The notes below the pieces were generated by a model, which searched no databases, was not told the DNA's origin, and saw nothing but the letters and a program-made list of their open reading frames with translations. From an uncultured Candidatus Saccharibacteria bacterium (lineage in GTDB: Bacteria; Patescibacteriota; Dojkabacteria; J137), in assembly GCA_964607415.1 (NCBI GenBank), contig CAZSKK010000001.1:492939-556938 (forward strand): a stretch of 64,000 bases of DNA. The letters run 5' to 3'. The position numbers were made by a program, and so were the translations under genes. Below, piece by piece: positions 8,598-17,601 of this stretch (positions are counted from its first letter, which is position 1; each line of letters begins with the position of its first letter).

Positions 8598-8656
8598 TTG
8601 GAAAAAATCCTAATAAACAACTATAATAGATTTGTACATTATACACATTTTGTAAG

Positions 8657-9361
8657 ATGGATAAAAAGATCAAGCGAGAACTAAAATCTTTAGCCAAACC
8701 CGAAAAAGCAACAGCATATTTAAGATTTTTTAAAACTGGACCGGGGGAATACGGTGAAGGCGATAAGTTCTTAGGAATAACAACTCCAGAACTTAAAGAT
8801 GTTATCCAGAAATACTATAAAAATATTTCGCTTTCTGAAGTTCAAAACCTACTAAATGGCTCATTTCACGAAGAAAGATCTGTAGCCTTATCTATTCTTA
8901 CCAGAAAATTTGATAAAGCTGATGAATTAGAAAGAAAAAAGATTTACGAAATATACCTTTCCAATACAGCAAACATTAATAATTGGGATCTTGTAGATAT
9001 AAGTGCGGAATATATTGTTGGCCCATACATTGAAAATAAAGATCGATCTGTTTTATACAAGCTCGCAAAGTCGGAAAATTTATGGGAACGAAGAATTGCC
9101 ATAATCTCAACATTTCATTTTATTAAAAATAAAGACAATGATGATACCTTTAGAATCGCAGAAGTTCTAATGAATGATAAACATGATCTAATCCACAAAG
9201 CAGTTGGATGGATGTTGAGAGAAGTTGGTAAAAGATCTGGCGAAGATGTATTAAAAAAATTTTTAGATAAACATTACAAAACAATGCCTAGAATAATGTT
9301 AAGATATTCAATTGAAAAGTTTGATGACAAAACTAGAAAACATTATTTAGCAAAATCTTAG
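8657..9361 (+). CDS. DNA alkylation repair enzyme (AlkD/AlkC-like HEAT-repeat glycosylase family).
   Basis: KATAYLRFFKTGPGEYGEGDKFLGITTPELK ... NNWDLVDISAEYIVGPY ... LWERRIAIIST ... HKAVGWMLREVGKR are the characteristic motifs of this family. Confidence 0.7.
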   Translation: MDKKIKRELKSLAKPEKATAYLRFFKTGPGEYGEGDKFLGITTPELKDVIQKYYKNISLSEVQNLLNGSFHEERSVALSILTRKFDKADELERKKIYEIYLSNTANINNWDLVDISAEYIVGPYIENKDRSVLYKLAKSENLWERRIAIISTFHFIKNKDNDDTFRIAEVLMNDKHDLIHKAVGWMLREVGKRSGEDVLKKFLDKHYKTMPRIMLRYSIEKFDDKTRKHYLAKS

Positions 9362-9399
9362 CTACTTGAATCTACTACTTCTTCATTAAAATTTTAATA

Positions 9400-9903
9400 T
9401 TAATCACCTTGCAAAGTTGCAACCACATGATCCGCATTGTTTATAGGATTGGGTTTAGCATAAAGACCTATGAGTTTTGCGGAGGCAATAATTTTATCTT
9501 GTATTATCTTTTTTAATTCATCTTTCTTAGAGCCTTCTTTTAAGTTTAAAAAATCATTTAATGCATGTAGTTGAAAAAAATAACGATGAATACCACTAGG
9601 AGGACATGGCCCGTCATAACCAATATTCCCAAAATCATTAATACCTTGAACTGCATTCACAGGAACCTGACCTTCGTTTATAAAAATTTCAGACGGACTT
9701 ATATTCCAAACAAGCCAATGTGTAAAATCTTTGCCTTCCGCGTCTGGGTCTTCAACAATCAATGCTAGGCTATTAGTATTTTCTGGCACATCAGTAATTT
9801 GCAAGGCAGGGCTAACATCATACCCATCGCAGGTATGTTTTGAAGGTATATATCCATTGTTTTTGAAATTAGGACTTTGTAATTTCATAATTTCAAAAGG
9901 CAA
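9400..9903 (-). CDS. YbhB/YbcL family phosphatidylethanolamine-binding (Raf kinase inhibitor-like) protein.
   Basis: KLQSPNFKNNGYIPSKHTCDGYDVSPAL...DPDAEGKDFTHWLVWNISP...GYDGPCPPSGIHRYFFQLHAL is the canonical bacterial PEBP signature. Confidence 0.8.
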   Translation of the reverse strand: MPFEIMKLQSPNFKNNGYIPSKHTCDGYDVSPALQITDVPENTNSLALIVEDPDAEGKDFTHWLVWNISPSEIFINEGQVPVNAVQGINDFGNIGYDGPCPPSGIHRYFFQLHALNDFLNLKEGSKKDELKKIIQDKIIASAKLIGLYAKPNPINNADHVVATLQGD

Positions 9904-10088
9904 AATGCATCTACACTTACAGTATAGTACAGTAAACTTTGACTGTAAAGAAAAAGCTTCGAATACTCTTATCAGAGCAGAATAAAGTTATGATTAAGTA
10001 GGCCTATCCAAATAATTGCGAATTTATAGATTCTTTATCGAACTTGAGTTTTATAAAAACAAGATGGCATTACTTGGAAAAGTGTTGA

Positions 10089-10487
10089 CTAGAATTCTAC
10101 CATGATACCTAACTGTTCCAAGCCAAAGAATATATCTTCCCACGTTGCAAGAAACTTATTTAGTTGAAGCAATTTAGCTATTTGAAGACGATTAAATTCG
10201 TTTGAAAGAAGTGCTTTCTTACTTTCAGTATTAAGATTTCTCAGGGAATCATCCAATCTTTTTAGATATGTATCAACTATTCTTTCCCAGGTTGAGTCTT
10301 CAGGTAGTTGGTAAGCTTCAATACAATCTAGTCTATAGAAGTCCTCCAAAGCCTTCAAATCATCGTTACCTCTAAATAACTCCTGCATTAATAATGGATA
10401 TAAATCGTCATGGCCTGAGGAATCTGAAAGATCAAATCTCTTTGCTAAAGATATTCTTACTTCGTCACATTTTTGAAAATCTAACAT
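10089..10487 (-). CDS. Hypothetical cytoplasmic protein.
   Basis: 132-aa ORF with no recognisable motif. Confidence 0.45.
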   Translation of the reverse strand: MLDFQKCDEVRISLAKRFDLSDSSGHDDLYPLLMQELFRGNDDLKALEDFYRLDCIEAYQLPEDSTWERIVDTYLKRLDDSLRNLNTESKKALLSNEFNRLQIAKLLQLNKFLATWEDIFFGLEQLGIMVEF

Positions 10488-10803
10488 AGTTGAAGTGAAA
10501 TTTTCAGAATTATATCAAATAAGTATGAAATGTATAGAAAATAACTCAAAAATCGGGTAAAATACTTCGTACTTAAAACTTTAGTAGTGTTCGATAATTT
10601 GTCGCAAATGACTTCAACTTCGTTGAAGAGTTTGCAAAAACTTGCAATTTTAGACGTCATGCTGAATTTATTTCAGCATCTGTCTAAAATACAGATTGTT
10701 CATTAAAACATAAATGGTATTATTAGTTTAGTTGAAATTAGAATCACAGATAAACTCAGCCATGGGCTGAGTAATTTCAAAAAAACAATAATATTGTTTT
10801 TTT

Positions 10804-10877
10804 GGGGTGGTAGCTCAACTGGTTAGAGCATTCGCCTGTCACGCGAAAGGTTGCGAGTTCGATTCTCGTCCACCCCG
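10804..10877 (+). tRNA. tRNA-Asp(GTC).
   Basis: GGGGTGGTAGCTCAACTGGTTAGAGCATTCGCCTGTCACGCGAAAGGTTGCGAGTTCGATTCTCGTCCACCCCG. Acceptor GGGGTGG/CCACCCC, anticodon loop CTGTCAC, T loop TTCGATT, discriminator G. Preceded by a long AT palindrome (10777-10803) and followed by a 12-bp palindrome (10876-10900). Confidence 0.9.
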
Positions 10878-10976
10878 AAACATGACATTGTCATGTTTCG
10901 CATATAAAAAAAGAATTATGCTGCTTCGAGCTCAATTACTTTACAATTAGTTTACATTTGATTAATAAATAACTTT

Positions 10977-11633
10977 ATGCCTTCTCAGACTGACTCCCTA
11001 AACCATGACAATATTGATTCAGAAGCCGTCCAATTTCTAGAATTTCTCAACAACGGTGGTATTGAACTAAAAGGACTTTCAGGAGATACCAGACTAAATG
11101 AAATTGAAGGAAGAATTACAGATAAAAAAGAAGGCACAAGTGTATACATAATATTTAGATGTCTTCAAGCACAGGGATATTACATAATTGATGACCTAGT
11201 ATCCTGTGATACTAGTGCAAAAATTAAAGGAATTGGTGCTGTATTAAAACCTAAACTGGAAGCTTTAAAAACTCTTTTCATCCAAAAAGGAATTCTTCAA
11301 GCGGAAACTCCAACCTCAGTTGAGGAGCTAAGGGCAATATATGAAGCAACAATAGACTGGGCTACATTTAGTTTACAGTCCCAATTATCAACTGATGTTC
11401 AAATTATACCCAAAACATGGTCCGATCTAGCAAGAAAAACTAGCATCAGCACTTTGAGGGATTTGGCTACTAACATGGGTTTTGTTAGAGAATACAAATG
11501 GATTGGCCCTGTATCTTTTCAAGCCATAGAAGTTCTAATTGCTATGTGTACTGAAAGAGGCATAATTACACCAGAAATTTACAGAACAGGACTACTTGGA
11601 TTCAATCGCCCTACTAAAGATCTTGAAGCTTAA
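10977..11633 (+). CDS. Hypothetical protein.
   Basis: 218-aa ORF located directly downstream of tRNA-Asp. Confidence 0.5.
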   Translation: MPSQTDSLNHDNIDSEAVQFLEFLNNGGIELKGLSGDTRLNEIEGRITDKKEGTSVYIIFRCLQAQGYYIIDDLVSCDTSAKIKGIGAVLKPKLEALKTLFIQKGILQAETPTSVEELRAIYEATIDWATFSLQSQLSTDVQIIPKTWSDLARKTSISTLRDLATNMGFVREYKWIGPVSFQAIEVLIAMCTERGIITPEIYRTGLLGFNRPTKDLEA

Positions 11634-11726
11634 TTTTTCTTCTTTATTTCTTACTTCACAAAGAGTAAAATACAGCTAATTTTTTAGTCGCAAGTAGCGG
11701 CTTTTATTAGATTTTATTTTTAAGTA

Positions 11727-12092
11727 ATGGGCAACTTCATACCTGGTACTAATGAGACGGTTTCTGATACAAATCTCACGAAAGCTAAAACTAAAATGCT
11801 ATTGCAACTTCAAAAGAAAATTGACTCAGTTAACGGCCAATTGCCCTACTCTTATGTAGTTAGAAATCCTATTGCCGAGTTAGACCCAAATAGATTAATA
11901 ATCACTCTCAAACAACCAGATTTAGGAGGGCACAATATAATAGTAAATGCTATACAAACATTAAATATAGAAATGAAAGACTCTGGACTTTGTATTAAAA
12001 ATACTTCGCCTAAAAAAGTTGGGGATACGTTTGTTTACGAATTAAGCTTTGCAGAAAAAACGGAAGAAGCAACAGCAATCCTAGAACAGTAA
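11727..12092 (+). CDS. Hypothetical protein.
   Basis: 121-aa ORF. Confidence 0.45.
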   Translation: MGNFIPGTNETVSDTNLTKAKTKMLLQLQKKIDSVNGQLPYSYVVRNPIAELDPNRLIITLKQPDLGGHNIIVNAIQTLNIEMKDSGLCIKNTSPKKVGDTFVYELSFAEKTEEATAILEQ

Positions 12093-12195
12093 CCATACAA
12101 AATAAAAATCTGTATGTGTGTTTAAGCCAAGCTTCGATTTCCTTAGCATGACAGTGGCTTTGGCTTACTCTGCCCTCAGGCTTCCGCACTTCAAA

Positions 12196-12262
12196 CCTTA
12201 TTGCTCTTTTGCCCTATTGCTCTATTGCTCTATTGCTCTTCACCTCTTTCGCTCTTACCGCC
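12196..12262. repeat. Short tandem repeat (TATTGCTC octamer, about 4 units with degenerate flanks) upstream of the ECF sigma gene.
   Basis: cttattgctcttttgccctattgctctattgctctattgctcttcacc. Confidence 0.6.
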
Positions 12263-12314
12263 CTTTCCTTTGTAACATAAAATCACATATAATATAGATG
12301 TAGCAAATTTACCC

Positions 12315-12860
12315 ATGGAAAATCTTTCAGACTCTGCCTTAATTGAACAGTACGTAAAAAATCACAGTAACGATGCTTTTTATCAGATCTATATAAAGTA
12401 TGTGGATTATGTGTTTAAATTTGTCTATAGCAGAACAGGAAATGTGCAACTGACTGAAGACATTGTGAGCGATACTTTTTTAATTTTAATTGACGTACTT
12501 CCGAACTTCAAAGGTGAATCCAAGCTTCAAACGTTTATAATCGGAATTGCTTTTAATAAATTAAGAACACACTGGAACTCCTTAAAAAAAGAAAGTCTTA
12601 CTGGTCTTGATGAATTTGAAGAATTTATTATTGACGATGTAACTGAGGACGATGAAAATGAAATTGATGATGAAAAGTTAAAAAAAGAAGTTCAGGCTCT
12701 TTTAAATACTCTTGATAGCAAATATAAAGAAGTGCTAATAGCAAGATTTTTAGAAAACCTTTCGGTTAAAAATACGGCAAAAAAGCTAAATCTAACCGAA
12801 GCAAACGTTAGGGTAATTCAAAACCGTGCGCTTGAAAAGCTTAGAAGTGTAACGCAGTAA
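12315..12860 (+). CDS. RNA polymerase sigma-70 factor, ECF subfamily.
   Basis: Region 2 (LTEDIVSDTFLILIDVLPNF...FIIGIAFNKLR) and region 4 (YKEVLIARFLENLSVKNTAKKLNLTEANVRVIQNRALEKLR) are both present. Confidence 0.85.
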   Translation: MENLSDSALIEQYVKNHSNDAFYQIYIKYVDYVFKFVYSRTGNVQLTEDIVSDTFLILIDVLPNFKGESKLQTFIIGIAFNKLRTHWNSLKKESLTGLDEFEEFIIDDVTEDDENEIDDEKLKKEVQALLNTLDSKYKEVLIARFLENLSVKNTAKKLNLTEANVRVIQNRALEKLRSVTQ

Positions 12861-12976
12861 GACATATTAATAGATATATTTATAATTTTGCTCGATGCTC
12901 TATGATCAATAGTTTTTATAAAAACAAAACCATTAGCTATCAAGCATTGACTATCAGCTAAAACTACTAATACATT

Positions 12977-14971
12977 ATGGATTCTGAAAAAATAATTATA
13001 AAACTTAGAAAAGCTTCACAAAACTCTATTCCTTCGAACGAGTTTAAAAACACGTTGCTTACTAAGCTAGATAGAGAATTAGACTTAAAAAAACCTAAAT
13101 TAACTTTTAACACCCTATTTATGAATAAAAAACTAATGCTTTTTGCTACGTTTTTATTTTTTATTGCTGTGATTTCCACTGGCGGAATTGCAGGATACTT
13201 GTTACTACAAGAAGACAAGTCCGACAAATTTTTTACTGTAAGTGCTTCTGAAAGGCAACGTGTACTTAGCAATGTGATAGCCAATAACTCAGAAGCAGCA
13301 CTCACAAGTAATTCTCTGAAGAGTACAAACAATACGCCGACTTATGAAAATGCACCAAATCTTGCAAATGATAGCGCAGTAGCAATGGAAGAGCCATCAC
13401 CAGATAAACTTTCTGCACCAGGAATGCTAATAGCTCCTCCAAAAGAACCTGAAACTTTCGCTTACACTAAAACAAAAATTAAGTATGGTCCTAAAGTTGC
13501 AGAGTGTAAGTCTTACGGTATTGCTGACGAAGCCAAAGAAGCAAACTCAGAATCGTATGAATACTACTTTGATAATTATAAATATTTCTCAAAAAATTTT
13601 TCTAAGATAGATGGTGTTTTACAATACTACTATATAAATAAATCTTACGAAAATAGATCTGAAAACATAGAATACTATGGCGGGAATTTTGCTATCAAAA
13701 CTGTTGCTACTTACGATACTGTAAGCTCAACAGGTACACTTGCAATACCTTTAATAGAAAACGAAATTGGTGATGATGTGAATGTAGAAGATCAAATCAA
13801 AAATATTTTTGGTAATGATGTAATTATTCTAAAACCCGAAAACGATGATTCATACTATGTTATTGAATATCAGCATGAAATCAATTGTTTAATTGATAGT
13901 AATGAAAACTTAGATACATTAATTACGAGAAGTTATATAAAATCAGATTCATTTGAAATATTTAAAACTCAAACTTACTTAAATATTGTGTCCAAAGAAA
14001 ATCTTCTTGATACAACAAACATAGATTCAAAAGAAGAGAAAAAAGATTATAGTGATGTTTCAGATAAATTTGAATTTGAGTATGATGTACCAATAAAAGA
14101 AGAAAGAATTACAAGTTTTAACCCTTACAATAATGTTGAAAAAGTTAAAGACGAGACTCTAAAGTACCTTTCCGAAAACAATTTAAAAATTTTAGTTCCG
14201 GTAAAAACTTTTGCAAATGAAACACTGTATGCACCAACTGCTGTGACAACAAAAATCGAAAGAGGTCTTGATACATTTGAATATAAGAATCTGAGAGATG
14301 ATAGGGATTTTTACCCTAAAGGATCCTATGGAGATGAGCTTTATAATAATATAATCCAGAGCTATCTTGGAACAAGTCAATTATTAAGTTATGGTTTTTA
14401 CGATACAAATTCAAGCTTAAACATAGAAGTTTATAAAGACGATGTGGCTATCGACGAACTTTTGAAAAATCTTATTGGCGAAGTGGATTCCGATAGCTTG
14501 AATAAGTCTACACTAAAAATTACAATTGACGGAAAGCAATTTTCGGTAAATGTGTTTGAGTATACATACGAAAACTCCATACGACCAATGCCCCCTTCAG
14601 CTGAAGGAGCAATGCCTGTAGAACCACCAGATTGCTTAACAGGTAGTTGCGGGTATACCATTCAAAAAATTAATTTTGTTGAATTTAATGGATATTTTTA
14701 TAAGCTTGATTACTACGATTATTCAAATGGCTTAACAAACAATACCCTTTCTATCACTGAGTTTAAAAGTCTAGATTCAAAAAATATCGATGCCAAAGCT
14801 CAAATTGAAATTCTAATCGATAATGCATATGAAGATCAACCAATTCCTGTGGATGTATTACCTCCAGAATCTGGTGGAATTGCTTGCACAATGGATGCAA
14901 TGATTTGTCCGGATGGAAGCGCAGTTGGAAGGAACCCTGAAAATAATTGTGAATTCGATCCTTGTCCATAA
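12977..14971 (+). CDS. Putative membrane-anchored anti-sigma factor. It has a short cytoplasmic N-terminus, one TM helix and a ~590-aa extracytoplasmic domain with a Cys-rich C-terminus.
   Basis: Lies immediately downstream of the ECF sigma gene. Topology: cytoplasmic ~60 aa, then TM LMLFATFLFFIAVISTGGIAGYLLL, then a large outside domain. No zinc-finger anti-sigma domain was recognised, so the call rests on position and topology only. Confidence 0.4.
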   Translation: MDSEKIIIKLRKASQNSIPSNEFKNTLLTKLDRELDLKKPKLTFNTLFMNKKLMLFATFLFFIAVISTGGIAGYLLLQEDKSDKFFTVSASERQRVLSNVIANNSEAALTSNSLKSTNNTPTYENAPNLANDSAVAMEEPSPDKLSAPGMLIAPPKEPETFAYTKTKIKYGPKVAECKSYGIADEAKEANSESYEYYFDNYKYFSKNFSKIDGVLQYYYINKSYENRSENIEYYGGNFAIKTVATYDTVSSTGTLAIPLIENEIGDDVNVEDQIKNIFGNDVIILKPENDDSYYVIEYQHEINCLIDSNENLDTLITRSYIKSDSFEIFKTQTYLNIVSKENLLDTTNIDSKEEKKDYSDVSDKFEFEYDVPIKEERITSFNPYNNVEKVKDETLKYLSENNLKILVPVKTFANETLYAPTAVTTKIERGLDTFEYKNLRDDRDFYPKGSYGDELYNNIIQSYLGTSQLLSYGFYDTNSSLNIEVYKDDVAIDELLKNLIGEVDSDSLNKSTLKITIDGKQFSVNVFEYTYENSIRPMPPSAEGAMPVEPPDCLTGSCGYTIQKINFVEFNGYFYKLDYYDYSNGLTNNTLSITEFKSLDSKNIDAKAQIEILIDNAYEDQPIPVDVLPPESGGIACTMDAMICPDGSAVGRNPENNCEFDPCP

Positions 14972-15123
14972 TAAGATTATTAACTAGATATAGTGCTAGT
15001 GCTTTATTTTAGAATTTGAACTATCTGCTATCCGCTATAAAGCTAAGTACTGTAATGCTAATCAAAAATTTGTCTGACTATTAGGTTTTTTCTGGTAAAA
15101 TGAGCTAGGTCAATAAAATCGAA

Positions 15124-16368
15124 ATGTTGAATTGGGCTGATAGTCTTAACAATCCTGATTCTAATTCAACTTCTCACTTCGAAGCTGCAAATGAACGTCA
15201 TGTTTATCTTCCAGCAATTATAGAAATTTCTAGCAAACCCAGATTGGAAGAAGGCTGGGTACCAATAATTGAAACCAACCCTTCCGGTTTTTGTTTTCGT
15301 ATAAAAGCAGATGAAGTAGGATTCCTGCAACTGTTTGGTTTTAATCTTTCAGAGAATAGAGTTCTAACTAGCTTGCTTCCTCCAGACGAATTTACTAAAT
15401 TTGAAAACATAATCAAAACCGACCTTACTGATCCGTTCTTATTCCAAAAAGCAAATTATCGACACTTTCGAATGTTTACTCCCGATGGAATTTTAAAACA
15501 TGTTGTTACGTCTACTCGTATTCTTAAACGTAACCAGGCCCTCGACGGCTCTTGGGAAATGACTTTAGAAATGGTATTTTTTGATGCAACTGAAGCAATT
15601 GAACCATTAATAGGAAAACAAGATAGTAAAACAGCATCCTTGCTTGAATCATTTATTAGAGATTTGCGAACAAAGTTTAGTATATCTTCTGTAATCATCA
15701 ATCAAATCACAAGTATTCTTGGCAAATTATCAAATACCTTGAAAGAAACCTCAGATATTAATCAAATACAAAAATTAACCGAACAGATTGAAACGCTATC
15801 TTCTTTAAACTTAAGTGCAATTAATAACCAGCAAAAAATAGAATCATCACTTTCATTTTTACAATCTCTTCTAAATTCTTCTGAAAAATTAGCCTCTTTT
15901 AGTCCTGGAATTTGGATAGAGACTTTTAAAACACGTGCATCCACAACACCCTTTGTAAGAGTCATTTCAATCGATGAAACTCTTTCACAAAAACAAGTTT
16001 TTGGCAATGAATCACTTCTTGATTTATCTGTAAAAGTAATTATAAATAAAATTTTTGAGAACCAAGCCGAAGGGTTTAATCTTGAAATTTCAATTGAGAG
16101 AACAGATGATGCAATGTTAATAAAATTGAATAAATCAGATGCTAAGATTATTCATCCCCATCTTTCTCATCTTGCTGCATATTGGCAAAATGATAGTTTT
16201 CTGGATCAAGATCAAATTGAATCCGTAGATGCAATTTATGTAAAAAAAATTATAAAAGAATATTTTGGTGGAAGTATTGATCTTACAATAACACATTCTG
16301 TAGAGGACTTAGCAAGTTTGGAATGCATTATCTCCTTACCTTTCAGGATGGAATCTTCTGAGGTTTAG
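15124..16368 (+). CDS. Hypothetical cytoplasmic protein with a possible degenerate histidine-kinase-like ATPase C-terminus.
   Basis: The C-terminus IYVKKIIKEYFGGSIDLTITHSVEDLASLECIISLPF resembles the G2-box region and LP ending of HATPase_c. No TM and no clear H-box. Confidence 0.4.
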   Translation: MLNWADSLNNPDSNSTSHFEAANERHVYLPAIIEISSKPRLEEGWVPIIETNPSGFCFRIKADEVGFLQLFGFNLSENRVLTSLLPPDEFTKFENIIKTDLTDPFLFQKANYRHFRMFTPDGILKHVVTSTRILKRNQALDGSWEMTLEMVFFDATEAIEPLIGKQDSKTASLLESFIRDLRTKFSISSVIINQITSILGKLSNTLKETSDINQIQKLTEQIETLSSLNLSAINNQQKIESSLSFLQSLLNSSEKLASFSPGIWIETFKTRASTTPFVRVISIDETLSQKQVFGNESLLDLSVKVIINKIFENQAEGFNLEISIERTDDAMLIKLNKSDAKIIHPHLSHLAAYWQNDSFLDQDQIESVDAIYVKKIIKEYFGGSIDLTITHSVEDLASLECIISLPFRMESSEV

Positions 16369-16424
16369 AAACTTATTATAAATCACTCCGCAAAACTGAC
16401 AAGTTAACTATGAACGCAGTTGTC

Positions 16425-16811
16425 TTATTTTGCTTTTGCTGTAGTTTTCTTAGCTGGAGTTTTTTTTGTAGCTGGCTTTTTTGTTACTTTTTTTACTGGC
16501 TTACTTTCGCTCACCTTCTTAGTTTCAACTTTTTTCACGCTCTTACTCTTTTCAGGTAGCACATGTACTTTCTTCAAATGTCTTTTAAATCCTGTCATTC
16601 TTTGAAAATGTACAAATCCTTCTGCAACTGCAAAAAGAGTATGATCACGACCTATAGAAACATTCTCACCTGCATGAAATTTTGTACCTCTTTGTCTTAC
16701 TAAAATATTTCCTGGTTTTACGTACTCTCCGCCAAACTTCTTAATACCTAATCTTTTTCCTGCAACATCTACGTTTCTTTTTGCTGCTCCTGCTGACTTG
16801 GTGTGTGCCAT
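16425..16811 (-). CDS. rpmA: 50S ribosomal protein L27 with a ~45-aa lysine/alanine/threonine/proline-rich C-terminal extension.
   Basis: [51 protein letters not shown] is canonical L27. The tail [36 protein letters not shown] resembles histone H1. Confidence 0.85.
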   Translation of the reverse strand: MAHTKSAGAAKRNVDVAGKRLGIKKFGGEYVKPGNILVRQRGTKFHAGENVSIGRDHTLFAVAEGFVHFQRMTGFKRHLKKVHVLPEKSKSVKKVETKKVSESKPVKKVTKKPATKKTPAKKTTAKAK

Positions 16812-16922
16812 ATGCCAAACTTCGTTTGGAAATCCGAATAGCTAAATTCGAATAACTAAACAATATTGAATAATAAAATAAAAAAATTAACAAAAAACTA
16901 AACGCTAATTGCTAAAAGCTAA

Positions 16923-17237
16923 CTAGCTTATCTGTACCACTTTAAATCTTGTAACCAATTTTCTGTGTCCAATTTTTCTTTTATATCTTACTTTTGCTCT
17001 GTGAACTTGTTTTACAACTTTTTCACCTTTTCCTTGTTCTATGATTTCAATTTCAACTTTTGCTTTATCAAGATTTGGCATTCCAACCTGTAAATCTTTA
17101 TCTGATCCAACAGCCAAAACTTCTGAAACTGTAATTTTCTTCCCAGGTTCAGCTTCAAATCTAGGCACTGAGTATTCTTTACCTTCTTCAACCGTGTACT
17201 GAAAAGGACCAAATTTTATTATTGCGAATTTACTCAT
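16923..17237 (-). CDS. rplU: 50S ribosomal protein L21.
   Basis: MSKFAIIKFGPFQYTVEEGKEYSVP...HRKLVTRFKVVQI is the L21 signature. It lies upstream of rpmA, as in the conserved rplU-rpmA operon. Confidence 0.85.
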   Translation of the reverse strand: MSKFAIIKFGPFQYTVEEGKEYSVPRFEAEPGKKITVSEVLAVGSDKDLQVGMPNLDKAKVEIEIIEQGKGEKVVKQVHRAKVRYKRKIGHRKLVTRFKVVQIS

Positions 17238-17576
17238 GTTTTTTCAATTAAAAAGACTTAAAAAGGATACTATAAAGAATCCCCAATTGCAATAGGATTA
17301 TAGCAGAACAATGAAATCTTTGGAAATAGAAAATACCTAAATAATGACAAAGTTCAAAGTATTCAAAATAATTTAAAAATTAAACCATTAAAAATTGATT
17401 ATTATCTTGTTATTTGATCTTTGATGTTATCAATGTGCTTACAGAATAATCGAAACTAAAGAAGATGCTATAAGCTATTGCAGTTACAATTGACATTAAA
17501 TAGAATAACTCAGGTTTACATTAATAAAGGACTTGATTATGTGTAGAACTAAAACAAAATATTTAACTTAGATTTT

Positions 17577-17601
17577 CAAAGAGGCGTATTGCCTCTTTTT
17601 T
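17577..17601 (+). terminator. Intrinsic-terminator-like hairpin (AGAGGC / GTATT / GCCTCT followed by TTTTT) ending one base before the ATG of 17602..18897.
   Basis: caaagaggcgtattgcctcttttttATG: a 6-8 bp GC-containing stem with a 5-6 nt T tract on the plus strand. Confidence 0.45.

Noticed and set aside
10877-10900. Palindrome cgaaacatgaca-t-tgtcatgtttcg after tRNA-Asp as an intrinsic terminator
   Set aside because: It is a perfect hairpin, but it is followed by an A-run rather than a T-run on the tRNA strand, so it is not a canonical terminator. It is noted only as a hairpin.
16420-16605. Plus-strand ORF 16420..16605 (FFVAGFF-rich)
   Set aside because: It is antisense to the lysine-codon-rich tail of rpmA (AAA/AAG read as TTT/CTT), a frame artefact.
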